This document shows, in pieces, positions 24,951 through 37,040 of a DNA stretch of 64,000 bases. Positions within the stretch are counted from its first letter, which is position 1, and each line of letters begins with the position of its first letter. Both the position numbers and the translations under genes were made by a program. Origin of the DNA: Octopus sinensis (Eukaryota); the NCBI RefSeq assembly GCF_006345805.1, contig NC_043023.1, positions 4,464,001 to 4,528,000 on the forward strand. The letters are read 5' to 3'. The notes below the pieces were generated by a model, which was not told the DNA's origin, made no database searches, and was given only the letters and a program-made list of their open reading frames with translations.

Positions 24951-25198
24951 GCTGAGGGTAGTACTGTCTCTAAAACTACTTTTATAAATATATATGAATA
25001 AAATATTGAGAGAAGTTCACTTTAGTACCTTTAATTTGAATGTCTCATTCCTGTGGATTCGGAATTAATCTTCCCTAATAATTATTATATAATTAATAAT
25101 ATCAGGGTAATAAAGATTTTAGAAATTTTTACTACCAGTGGCCTAGTGTATAGAAAAATTAGTCAATAGACTATATATTATTCATATAAAATACAGTG

Positions 25199-25837
25199 TA
25201 CATTTAAACACATTATGAGGTGTCCATCATAGGACTCCCTTATGCTAGAAGGAACAGCTAAAGTTCAAACCACTAATTAGGGATAAATTCTCGAAGGGCA
25301 TGAAAAATAAAACATTTACTATTTATTTCCCGGACCATGGTTTCTGACTTTTTTTAGCAAATAAAATAATTTGCCGGGAGAAGTCTGAATAATATATAGT
25401 ATATTGACTAATTTTTCTATACGCAAGGCCACTGGTAGTAAAAATTTCTAAAATCTTTATTACCCTGATATTATTATGTATAATGATTTCTGGAAATTTT
25501 GTTTTAAGAAATTGCCGGCATTTTTTTGCTGCCAACCAGAAACTGCACTTGCACGATGGATTTGAAAAATTAAAATGTATAAGCAAGGGGCACATGCTGG
25601 ATTCACCTCGTACTTATATGTTTAATCTTGGCATACCTGTTGATGAAGACTTCACCTGGCAAATTATTTTATTTGCTAAAAAAAAGTCAGAAATCATGGT
25701 CCAGGAAATAGATGGTAAATGTTTTTATTTTTCATTCCCTTCAAGAAATTTTATCCCTAATAGTGGTTTGGACTTTAGCTGTTCCTTCTAGCGTAAGGGA
25801 GTTCTATGATGGATACCTCTTAATGTGTTTAAATGTA
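25199..25837. mobile_element. Probable MITE with ~190-bp imperfect TIRs
   Basis: 25199-25386 is the diverged reverse complement of 25647-25837; ends read tacatttaaacacatta / taatgtgtttaaatgta. Confidence 0.6.
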
Positions 25838-27021
25838 TATATATAAAATGTAATTTGTGTGTGTGTGTATGTATGTATGTATATATATATATATATGAGT
25901 CAAGGACATTTACCCACCGCCATGGGCAATACCCCACCAAGGACAACAGATGATTTAAAACTTCTTAATATATTGTAGAGGAGGAAATTAACTAAGGGGG
26001 GGGGGTAATTGTCTTAGCAGGTAGTTGTCATTGGGGGAATATGTAATGTGTATATAGGGATAAATTATCAAGTTATCCAGGTGGATACCATAAGAGCTCT
26101 CAGGTATAGTCCAGGTTATGGCTAACCCCATGTAGTAAGAAGCAACAAAGAATGCTTAAGGTGAGCAATCCCACTGTAATTCTTCTGATAAGCAAATCCA
26201 GGTTCGGTTTGCTTCACTGGATTATGAATATTTTCAGGAATGTAAATCCAAAACAATTACAAAGAATATGGAAACTTGTACATCTTCATATTTTTTTCTT
26301 TTCATTATAAAGCATAATTAATTAAAATGACTGAAATATGTTTCTGCTGCATAGAATATGTACAGTTGCATATGCAACCTGCAATATTCTGCTCTGCGCC
26401 TTCATTCAAGGTCTTTTTACAACTGTGGTCTGATGCAAACTGAGTTTAAGTATGGGTAGCTTATACTTTTATTTTACTCTGGTTTAAGATAAAAAAAGGA
26501 AAGTGAAAGGAGAAACCTGATATGGCTATAAAATTTACTTTGTCTCTGACCTCAAGCTTAACCTTACTTCCAGGATGAAACAGAGCCCTATGCACTAGAT
26601 TAGGTCAAAGTACATAGGTTTTAATACACCTTCATCTATGCATTAAAAGAAATTAAATAAAAATAAGTTATATTTTAATTAAATTAACTGAAGGAATTCT
26701 TTTATATATACTCAAGATGTCCACTTGATAATTGAGTTTTAGATTATATAGAAGTTAATGTGTCCTATGTCTTGCTATGGTTTATAAAAAAGATATTTTA
26801 AGCTGGTGAAAATATCTATAACTACTTAGAAGTTAAACCAGATATTGTCCTGTCATTTACTCCTTAAATTCAGGCACCTCCCATTTGTGCAGCAGATACT
26901 GTCCTTATATATATATTATAGAATGCATGTGTATGCATGTACACACACTTTCAAGGAATTTTGTTTCAACTTCGTAAACATAAAAAAGTAGATGATAAAA
27001 CAATAATGACATAAGATGTGC

Positions 27022-27070
<49 letters not shown>

Positions 27071-27086
27071 TGTTTATACATGTAGT

Positions 27087-28207
27087 TTATACAATGCTCT
27101 CTACATTTCGATGTGATGCAGAAGACGTTTGGTTATCAGCCAGTTCTGTAAGTGCATCCCACGAGGATTTCCGGGAGGGAAGTGTGCCATGGGTGGGGTC
27201 CATGGTCATCGGTGGGTGTGACGAGAATGATATTTCAGACCCTACCAGAGATGTGGGAGTGTATCTTGCTGATGTAGGGGTCGTTCTTGGATTTAGTGGT
27301 GTCACCGTAGTAGTAACAAAAGGGCTATATGTTGAGGTTGCATTGTTGCCTGCAAGGGGTTGGGATGTCGCAGTGGGAACGGTGGTGGTTTGGGCCGTAT
27401 AAGGCCCGGGTGTCAACGACAATGACGTCAGCTGTGCAGAAGGGGCTGTGAAACGAGTGGGTTCAAGTCTGGGGCCAAGTGATGAGACCCCAGATTCTGA
27501 AGGTGGAGATGTGTGCGTGTTAGTGTCTGTGAGTTCGCAGAGTAGTTCCCAAGGTGACTTTGTCGACTTCAATGACTCAGTTGGTGGGGGCGGAGGAGGA
27601 AGACCAGGGTCAGCAACATTAGCGTTGTTGTTGTTGTAGACTATGGGCTGGAAGTGAGATTTTGACAAGGCTGGTGGAAGCTTAACAGGCTGAGAAGAGG
27701 GATCTGCACCTCCATTTCCAACGTTTCTGGGGGGCACTGATTTCACTGTTGATTTGAGCAAGGGTTTAGCAAGGGGTACAGGATGCACATGCTGTTGTTG
27801 GTTCATTGCTACCCCCCTGTCTGTCTGTGTACCCTTCTGGTCAATGGTCTGTGTTGACATTGAAGACTTTTGTGATGAAGTAGACTTCTTTGGTGTTTGT
27901 CTCCCATGTGACAAAGATGAGGCCCCAACAGATTTCTTTCGTGTTCGACCAACTGAGGAGCTGGGGTCACTGGTTGAAGTCTCTGCAGCAACTGGTGCAA
28001 TGATGCTGCCCAGTGACTTGTATGCACGGGCATCCTGCCTTGACATAGGTTGGGCCTGGGCCCCAGAACTGCATAGTGTGAGGTCATCCTGAGCATAAGA
28101 GTCAAGGGAATCAGCGACAGAGGGCCGGCGTTCTTTCTTGCCACGACGACTGTACAAGGAGGTCCTTGATGCAAAGAGTGACTGTCTGGAGGCAGAGCGA
28201 CGCAGAG
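27087..28207 (-). CDS. Terminal coding exon of the same transmembrane protein
   Basis: tttctatttctcttcccacag acceptor before 28207. Phase 1 joins C|CT in frame to LRRSASRQSLFASRTSLYSRRGKKERRPS..., continuing through the 356-aa ORF to ...RNVESIV*. Confidence 0.88.
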
Positions 28208-28330
28208 CTGTGGGAAGAGAAATAGAAATGGCACACAGTTATCAATCAGAAATATGTACATACACACACACACATATATGTTAATATCAAACAGTGAGAA
28301 TGAATGCTGCATTAGTGGATAAATATTTTC

Positions 28331-28531
28331 TATTCGTGGGGTGACCAGAATATCATTGATTTTATGTTGGGAGAGATATCTCTCAGCAATTACTCAAGTT
28401 TGTACCTTGGGATGTTGGAGTTCGTTTCCATCTTAGATGAACACCAACATCCCAAGGTACAGACTTAAATAATTGATGAGAAATATCTCTCCCAACATGA
28501 AACCAACAGTAGTCTGGTCACCCCATGAATA
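28331..28531. mobile_element. Hairpin (fold-back) MITE with TA ends
   Basis: Arms of ~90 bp, tattcgtggggtgaccaga...gtaccttgggatgttggagttc / gaacaccaacatcccaaggtac...tctggtcaccccatgaata, around a ~15-nt loop. Confidence 0.8.
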
Positions 28532-28810
28532 AAGTATCTATCTCTCTATCTACATATATTTATAAAACAGTTTGATTCAGTTCCATGTGACTTCAAGTTT
28601 CACAAGCTTCAAACAGAAGTCCACCTCTTTCAGGCTTCAGACACTGAATTTAGAGATGGGCTTCTGTTAGAGGCCTGTGAAACTAAGTTGCACAGAACTG
28701 AATCAGACTGTTTTAAATAATACATATAACTCCTACTAAATGTACTGAGTGTCCTTTTCTTTCATTTGTTTTCTCACTTGTGCGTATTTTTTTGTATATA
28801 TATGTGTGTA

Positions 28811-28850
<40 letters not shown>

Positions 28851-29153
28851 TGCATGTCTGTATATACATAAATACACACTATATATACACTGTAGTCTGG
28901 ATCAATGAACAGTTTGCTACCTCAAGTTTCACCAAATGAATTGCATAATAATCTTATTCTAAGGAATTCCTGTTTAACAAGGAAACATTTCAGTAATTCT
29001 CTACAATGCAACTGTAAACTTGGTAGAATATTTTAACTCCACCTGTGTACAACAGGGTTCATACTCAGTGAGACCATCTCACTCTCTGCTTGCCTTTTAT
29101 ACCTCTAATAGCATTGTAAAAACATAGCGTTTCAAAAATATCAAATATATATA

Positions 29154-29338
29154 CTTGAGGGAGTGCTGAAAAGCTCCTGGTATCACGAAAGGCCTGGTTG
29201 GAGGCCCAACCTTCCAAGCTCTTTTACAGGGCTTAGAAAAATTGAAGGACCTCTGCAATATGGATGCGAATCTGAATAATTAACTGATCCTCCTGTATTT
29301 TCTTTTACCCAATGCCAGGAACTTTTCAGCAGCCCTTG
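29154..29338. mobile_element. Non-autonomous mariner MITE, copy 2
   Basis: Same family as 17299-17513 (shared aaaggcctggttg...aattaactgat...cctgtattttcttttac...ccaggaactttt); TA at the right end. Confidence 0.7.
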
Positions 29339-31186
29339 TATATGGACTTGTATGTATGTATGGACTTAAGACAATGATATTTGCCTGAATGCATTATATT
29401 CTAGATATTATTATGTTATTCATCAGGTGAAACTTTAAGTAGCAAAATATTCACCCTGTAAAACCTATTTAATAAAAATATATACCTACATACATTACCT
29501 ACAAACAACACATAGATACTCACATAGCTACACACACACACACACACACACACATACATACAGGGTGTGATGGGTAAGTTGTTGTTGTTTTATCTTAATT
29601 TCGTGCATGTGTATTATTTGTTTTTGATTTTGTTGACTACAGTCTGTTGGGTGCTGTCTGTGAGAAAACAGCCCCATGACACAATTCAGTCTGCCAGAAA
29701 TTTAGAAACGACATGCCGTACTGCTTGGCATTCATGCCAGAGGCTCTAATACAAACATTTCAGAGTGTTTGGTTGTCAATCTGAGGACATGTACCAAGAG
29801 TGATAAAAATCAAACATCCAGTTAACATCAAGTGCCTGAAGGAGGTACTGGCTGAGTACTCCATAGACACATACCTTTGAAGGAGATTCAGTACGACTCA
29901 AAATGTAATAAGGCTGGCACTTTGAAATACAAACATAACTCATTTTTGCCAGCTGAGTGGACTGGAGCAACATGAAATAAAATGTCTTGCTCAAGGACAC
30001 AATGCACTGCTGGGTATTGAACTCCTTACAATCGTGAGCTGAATACCCTAACGACTTAGCCTTAACTATATATACATTACATATATATCTACATGCATTA
30101 TATACATATGTACATATAAGAAATTACAGTGATACACAGAGCATAATCCCACATAATATGAGAAAATCTTGGTGGAATGTTCTTGTGAAGACCTCACTAA
30201 AATGCATATTGGAACAGGTACAAGGATCTGGGACAATGAACAGAAATTGTGAAGAGTATTGAGAAATTTGTTGCCAATCAGATGTCCAAAAGTCGACAAT
30301 TTCATAAACACTAGACAGAAATAGTCAATAAATGCAAACACTTTGAAAAGGACCTACTATACAACAGATGAATATCACCTTTATTCAACTAAAAAAAAAA
30401 GGAAACATACATAGACTAGTATATATTTTCATCTCTGACTTTCTTTTCAGATCCAACTTTCTTCCTATCATTCACTTACTTCATTTTAATATTTACCTTT
30501 TCTTCTTACACCCATTTCCCCATTCCCTGTCTCTGTTATTCCCTTTTTGGTACTTAACCTTCTTTAGGTATATTTATCTGCCTTGCCGCAACTCTAAACA
30601 TTTTATGTTTTCCCAGTGATTTCAATTAAGAGCTTACAGCTCTTGAGGATGGATTATTCATTATGATAGAAGTAGCAGTTTGGAAAAATATCTTTTCAAA
30701 ATATGCTTTATACCATGGGCCTGAAGACAGATTGCAAAAACCAATAGTAACCTGCATAATAAACATGTACAACTTAACATACAAATATATTTTTGTGTTT
30801 TGCTTAGAAGCGAAGTACCAAAATTACAACAAACTATTTTGAAATATATCAACTGAAGATTTTGCATAAGGATGTGTTTCCTATTATATATTACACAAGA
30901 TCTGAAACATATATCTTAAATACGGTTTGACTTTATTATTAAAAATTATATATACTGCATCATCATCCTTTAACATCCATGCTGACATGGGTTGGCTGAT
31001 TTGACAGGAGTTGGTAAGCTGGAGTTACACCAGGCTCCAGTTTGATTTGGGTTGGTTTCTAAAGCTGGATGCCCTTCCTAACACTAACTACAGAGTGTGC
31101 TGGGTGTTTTTAATGTGTCATCAACACAAGTGCTTTTTACATGAAAGCATCAAATTAATGTAAAATAGTTTATATATATATATATA

Positions 31187-31590
31187 GGCGCGGGAGTGGC
31201 TGTGTGGTAAGTAGCTTGCTTACCAACCACATGGTTCCGGGTTCAGTCCCACTGCGTGGCATCTTGGGCAAGTGTCTTCTACTATAGCCTCGGGCCGACA
31301 AAGCCTTGTGAATGGATTTGGTAGATGGAAACTGAAAGAAACCTGTCGTACATATGTATGTGTATATATGTATGTGTGTGTATATGTTTGTGTGTCTGTG
31401 TTTGTCCCCCACATCGCTTGACAACCGATGGTGGTGTGTTTATGTCCCCGTAACTTAGTGGTTTGGCAAAAAAGACCGATAGAATAAGTACTAGGCTTAC
31501 TAAGAATAAGTCCCGGGGTCGATTTGCTCGACTAAAAGCAGTGCTCCAGCATGGCCGCAGTCAAATGACTGAAACAAGTAAAAGAGAAGG
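31187..31590 (+). mobile_element. tRNA-derived SINE family A, full-length
   Basis: Near-identical to 9158-9550. Confidence 0.85.
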
Positions 31591-32159
31591 GAAGATGAAA
31601 AAGGCTGCAGGAATGTTTGTACTAAGCTGATTTAGCTGCCTTCATCTTCCCTTAGTGTACTTCTAATTTACTAAAGACACTAAGGCTTTTGTAATACTGT
31701 TGTATTACAAAAGCATAGTCTTATGTGTACTTCTCTTACTCACATACTTGAATACACTGTTCTACTGCATGGGTTTTAGTGACTATGGTCTGTCCTTAGC
31801 AGTGTGTGTGTGTGTGTTTGTGTGTATGTATATATATATAGTTTGGGTATATAGCCCAGATTACAGAATTCTGAGATATCATGTTGAACACGTATTATTA
31901 AAGACATCCTATATAACATGAAAATTAATCATTAGTTGCTTGAATGGTTACAGTATTACACAAGATTGATTATGTTGAATGTTATTTGAATTAACATGAA
32001 AAATATCTTTATGTGCTGTTTTTCTTGCAGCTCTTCTGCTTTTGTTTTTGAAATCTGAATAAATTTTACCGCTTTTCAAACATATGACAAAGGAGTACCA
32101 TGTATAAAAAACAAACAAATTTATCTGATAACCCAATACACACACATGTAGAGAGATAC

Positions 32160-32212
<53 letters not shown>

Positions 32213-32383
32213 CATATACATACATATATATTTACGTATATACACACACATATATATATATATACTTTATATGTGTATACACATCTATATATATATATAT
32301 ATACATATATATACATACACATATATTTATACATTTAAAATTAAGTCATATCTTTTACTTCTTATGAAATTTAGTTTACTCAC

Positions 32384-33637
32384 GTGGTAAGCTCTCCAGG
32401 TCGTCGGCCCTTGAAGACCTCACTCCCATAACACTGAGTGGGGTATCAGCCCTCTGTTCATCATCATACACAGACCCTTCTTCAGCTTCTGACACAAGAC
32501 GTCGGCCTTTTGTAGTGATACGAGGGGACTTTGGTCCTCGTTTGCGTAAGCTGCTAAGTCCTGCATCTTTGTTGCGAGGTGCAGATCCTTGCTGTTGCTG
32601 GGCCTGGTGCTTTGACTTGCTTGCAGGACTGCGGTGTCGATTGGGTCGGAGGGAGTGGACTGTGCTGGTACTAGAATTTGCACTCCTTATGAAAGGAGGA
32701 GGGTCATCATTTGTGAGATCAGGTCGGTCAAAGTCTTCAATCTCAACATCTGCTTTTGGTTTACTTGCCTGAATTTTGATTGGGACAACCTCTGTTGCCA
32801 ACCCATCAATCACATCTGGCTTCAGAACCTGGATTCCAGGATCACCGTTTTCATCTTGTACCCGACCCCCATGAAGCAGTTCCCTCTCCAATAGGTTGAT
32901 GTCATCGGAGGTTGCAGATGTGCGTACGGGCACACGCCGTATTCCTGCATGGGTTGGGTTCATGGTTCGCATCTTGGGCACTGGTGCTGAGATGACTGGT
33001 AGTGGTGGTGGTGGAGTGGGAGGTGTGTCATCATTGCCACCACTCCCACCTTCACCATTGTTGGTGCTGGACAGACGTTGGGTTCGCTTCTCCGCCTCGT
33101 TCTCTGTTGACTGATACGATGCCTGGAACTTCAGGTTACTCTGCAGAGCTTCAATCATAGGGGACCGAGGCCCATTCCCACTTCCTCCACTCTCACCCAC
33201 CCCACCCCTGCCTTTGCTCAACGTATCAAAACTGAATTCACTTGATTTTGTTGGACTCATTGCTAAAGCATCAACGACCAATGGATTCTCCCCATTACTG
33301 ACCCCAACCTTAAGCCCATCTCTGTTCTTCTCTTCCTTGCTGTCACTGAACTTTTCAACAACATCAGTATAGCGCAGTGAAGGACTCATACCAACCCTAC
33401 CCACAGGGCTTCCATTCTTCTCCATGTTGTTGATATAGCACTTATCCATGTCGGGGGACTCGCCATCTCGGAGGACTGGGTCAGTGTGACTCCCTCTCAG
33501 ATAGCTGTTCCGCTGGTAACAACAGATGCCAACGACAGCCAACAGGAGGATCAGCAGTATGACTCCACACACAGACCCAACAATGACGCCAATCAGGGCA
33601 GGATTTGAAACTGAATCATCTCTTGGTCCTGGGTCAT
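32384..33637 (-). CDS. Penultimate coding exon of an unidentified single-pass transmembrane protein (TM plus first half of the cytoplasmic tail)
   Basis: Pyrimidine-rich acceptor ttcttcttctcttacag before 33637 and C|GTGAGT donor after 32384. Open for 1254 nt, phase 1/1. Hydrophobic ALIGVIVGSVCGVILLILLLAVVGICC is followed by YQRN and a Ser/Pro/Asp/Arg-rich sequence. Confidence 0.88.
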
Positions 33638-33834
33638 CTGTAAGAGAAGAAGAATTAGAAGATAATCATGTCTGGATGAGATTTGGGGTAAAAGAGAACA
33701 TATCTTTTACTTCTTATTTGTTCAAGTCATTAGACTGTGGCCATGCTGGAGCATCACCTTGAAGAATTTTTAGTTGAATGAATCAATTCCAATATTTATT
33801 TTCTTTTTAAACCTGCTACTTATTCTACTCTTTT

Positions 33835-34185
33835 ACTTGTTTCAGTCATTTCACTGTGGCCATGCTAGAGCACCGCCTTTATTCGAGCAAATCTACCCCA
33901 GGACTTATACTTTGTAAGCCTAGTACTTATTCTATCGGTCTCTTTTGCCGAACTGCTAAGTTACGGGGACGTAAACACACCAGCATCGGTTGTCAAGCGA
34001 TGTTGGGGGGACAAACACATACATATATACATATATACGATGGGCTTCTTTTAGTTTCCGTCTACCAAATCCACTCACAATGCTTTGGTCGGCCCGAGAC
34101 TATAGTAGAAGACACTTGCCCAAGGTCCCACGCAGTGGGACTAAACCTGAAACCAAGCTACTTACCACACAGCCACTCCTATGCC
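33835..34185 (-). mobile_element. tRNA-derived SINE family A
   Basis: Reverse complement of the 9158 consensus; further partial copies flank it at ~33710-33835 and ~34190-34450. Confidence 0.8.
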
Positions 34186-34784
34186 TAACCACTAGGTTAT
34201 GGGGATGTAAACATGGCAACACTGGTTGTGAAGTAGTAATGGTGGAGACAAACACAAACACAAAAGACACATACCTATCTATACATAAATATACGATGGG
34301 CTTCTTTCAGTTCCTGTCTAACAAATCTACTCAAAGCTTTAGTTAGCAGCTCAAGGCTTATAGTAGAAAGATACTTGCTCAACATGCCACACAGTGGAAT
34401 TGAACCTAGAACCATGTGGTTATGAAGCTAGCTTCTTACTATGCAGTCATGCCTGTGAGATGGATGATGATGATGATGATTGATACATTCCAACAGATTC
34501 AAATGCCATATATGCTAGTTGCATTTGCATATGCCACAAGAAAGCAATTTCTCCCTTTCACATCAAGGAGTGTGTGTGTGTGTGTGTGTGCTTATTATTA
34601 CTGCTGGCTGATGAGACATTTGTCAAAACACTACTATTCCAGAATTCCTTGCACCAATATGAGTGTTTTGAACATGTTGTTGTAAATGAGAGAAGCTGTC
34701 CTTTTGTGACCTACACACTAGCAACCAGCATATTTTGCATTTGGATCTGCTGGAAACATTGAGAATAAATATGCAAGAACAGGT

Positions 34785-35170
34785 TCAGGCATGGCTGTGT
34801 AGTAAGAAGCCTGTTTCTCAACCACAAGGTTCAGGGTCTTCATGGAGAGTGTCTTCAACCAAAACCTTGTGAGTGGATTTGGTAGACAGAAACTGAAAGA
34901 AATCCATTGTGTGTGTGTGCACGCACGTGTGTATGTGTGTGTGTGCATGCATATGTGTCTCTTTGTGTCTGTGTTTGTTGCCCACCACTGCTTGACAACT
35001 GGTGTTGATGTGTTTATGTCCCTGTAACTTAGCAGTTCAGCAAAAGAGACCAATAGAATAAGTACTAGGCTTTGGAAAAAGTACTGGGGTCGATTCATTT
35101 GACTAAAATTCCCAAAGATGGTGCCCCAGCATGGCTGCATTCTAATGATTGACACAAGTAAAAGATAAGG
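34785..35170 (+). mobile_element. tRNA-derived SINE family A, diverged
   Basis: ggcatggctgtgtagtaagaag...gccccagcatggctgc. Other partial copies at ~7780-8245, 16085-16300, 16640-16915, 37180-37330 and 63680-63755. Confidence 0.75.
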
Positions 35171-35199
35171 AACATAATATAACTGGTGACACCAGGAGC

Positions 35200-37040
35200 C
35201 ATCGAACGAGCCACTATGCGGGCATATGACCAGTTAAACATCACCATTTTCAAAATCAGAATGAAAGCCATCAGCCAATGAATTTCAACAATGGTAAACA
35301 ACTCAAGCGAGTTGAGGACTTCAAGTAGCTTGGATCTCTCTGCTACTGATTGTAAGAAAGACCTCCTTATATGCAAGGGATGAGTGTAGAGTGTCTGTAA
35401 CAAATTTCAGGCATTAAAACATCTGGTAATCATTTCAAAAATGTGGCTGGCCCTTTTATGGCATGTGCTAAGAACATCCTTCTCTATGGAGCCCAAAACC
35501 TGGATTATGAAGAACAAGCTTCAAGATTGCCTTCCCATGAGAGCTCAAAATATCTAATGGTGTGACCACAAGACCCTTTAGCATTTAACCTGGTCATATC
35601 TGGCCAAAATATTCTGTTTTCTGTTCAAACCAGCCTATCCTGGCCTCTCACACCTACTCAACAACATCATATTAAAAATAAACAATCACATTATCGGATT
35701 CTCAAAGCTATGAAATTGTGTATGATCAATGCAAAACAATGCAAATAAATAAGCAGGGAAAAGGTTAAATGTCATCTCTGATGGATGACCACTAATGCAT
35801 ATTAATGACTCGTAGGGACATCATATTTTGTTATACAACCATACTAGAAATTATATTAAATGCTTTATAGCCAGCACTGATTCTCTACAGCATTTTGTAA
35901 CCGAGTAAACAACAAAGCTGAAAAATGGGTGATGGGTGCCTGTGCCATATTTCAGTCCTTGCTCCTTCCAACCCATTAACCCTCCACATATTCACTGGCT
36001 ATATAGAAAACCTGTAAAGATAACCTTAACAAGTGATTTAATAGCATTGCTAACACAGTAGGACACAGTATTTAATATACTTTGTAGTATATTGCGGTTT
36101 CATAACAAAACACAATCTCCCTACAATATACATGCCAGGACTGCAAGGAGCAAAATTGGCTGCCAGCTGGCAAGTGCATGAAGCTCGTCCAGTCAATGGC
36201 TCTACCTTGCCTCTCTCTCACGACTATCCCCCGCACGTCGCTGGCCACTGCACTCTCTCATGCATACTTCGGTAGCCCTCTGGCCGATGCTGTTGCTGCT
36301 CTGCCAACTGGTTTGCTGTCAGGAACAACATCATTGCTCATGCTTTCCATGCTCACTTGTGGATTTCGTCTCAGTGTGTGGGGTGCATGTGTGCATACTA
36401 AGAAATAAACATGTAAAATTGGTATATTCAATAATGTTACACCGCTATATTTGATGGCTATTTATGTTCATGGATGGTTAATGGGTTGGATGTGGTGCTG
36501 ACGGAGAAGCAAAAACTCCTGAAAAATGGCACAGATGCCCATTATCCATTTTTTTCATCTTCCTGATATCTTGGATATGAAACAACATAAAATCAGTGCT
36601 GGCTATAATTTCTATAGAAAATCTATAAAGGTAACCTTAACAAGTCCTGGTAAAAATGAACAAAACACATAGGAAAAGAATCTGCAGCTTATTCTGTCCA
36701 TTAGTTTGCCTACAAACTAGCAATATATGCAACTATTATTTTTTTTAAATAAGCATTATTTTTGACAGAATAATGTGAATGCTAAAGAGTTAATCAACAA
36801 GCAGTTTCATCAAGATCTACCCACAGTGACTGAGAGAAGAATGAGAATTGCTGGTCGTTGCATTAGGCACCCTGAAGAACCTGTGTGTGTCAACTGGTTT
36901 TATTGGCAGTCAGTTGAAGGAAGACTCAACAGAGGAAGAAAACATCTAACCTATATGGACAACTTGCTTCAGGACAGTGGATTGGCAAATGTTGATGAAT
37001 TAAAAATATGCAAGTGCGTGACGGATGGTGTGCTCACAGA
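35200..37040 (+). mobile_element. Old RTE LINE relic split by nested insertions (pieces ~35200-35573 and 36794-37040)
   Basis: NGKQLKRVEDFK*LGS ... MRAQNI*WCDHKT in the left piece joins NKQFHQDLPTVTERRMRIAGRCIRHPEE...RGRKHLTYMDNLLQDSGL in the right piece. Confidence 0.7.
35574..36789. mobile_element. piggyBac-type MITE (ccctttagcatt/aatgctaaagag ends) interrupted by a ~990-bp insert
   Basis: TIR pair at 35574 and 36778-36789, TTAA at 36790-36793 (left TTAA not preserved). MITE body resumes after the duplicated taaataagca. Confidence 0.65.

Noticed and set aside
25897-26050. Short ggacatttaccc/ggggtaattgtc inverted motifs suggesting a small MITE
   Set aside because: Too diverged to define termini.
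32066-32390. ORFs rich in YIYI/CVCV/HTHT (also at 855, 12924, 16002, 38296, 40809 and others)
   Set aside because: They are translations of (TA)n, (TG)n and (CA)n microsatellites.
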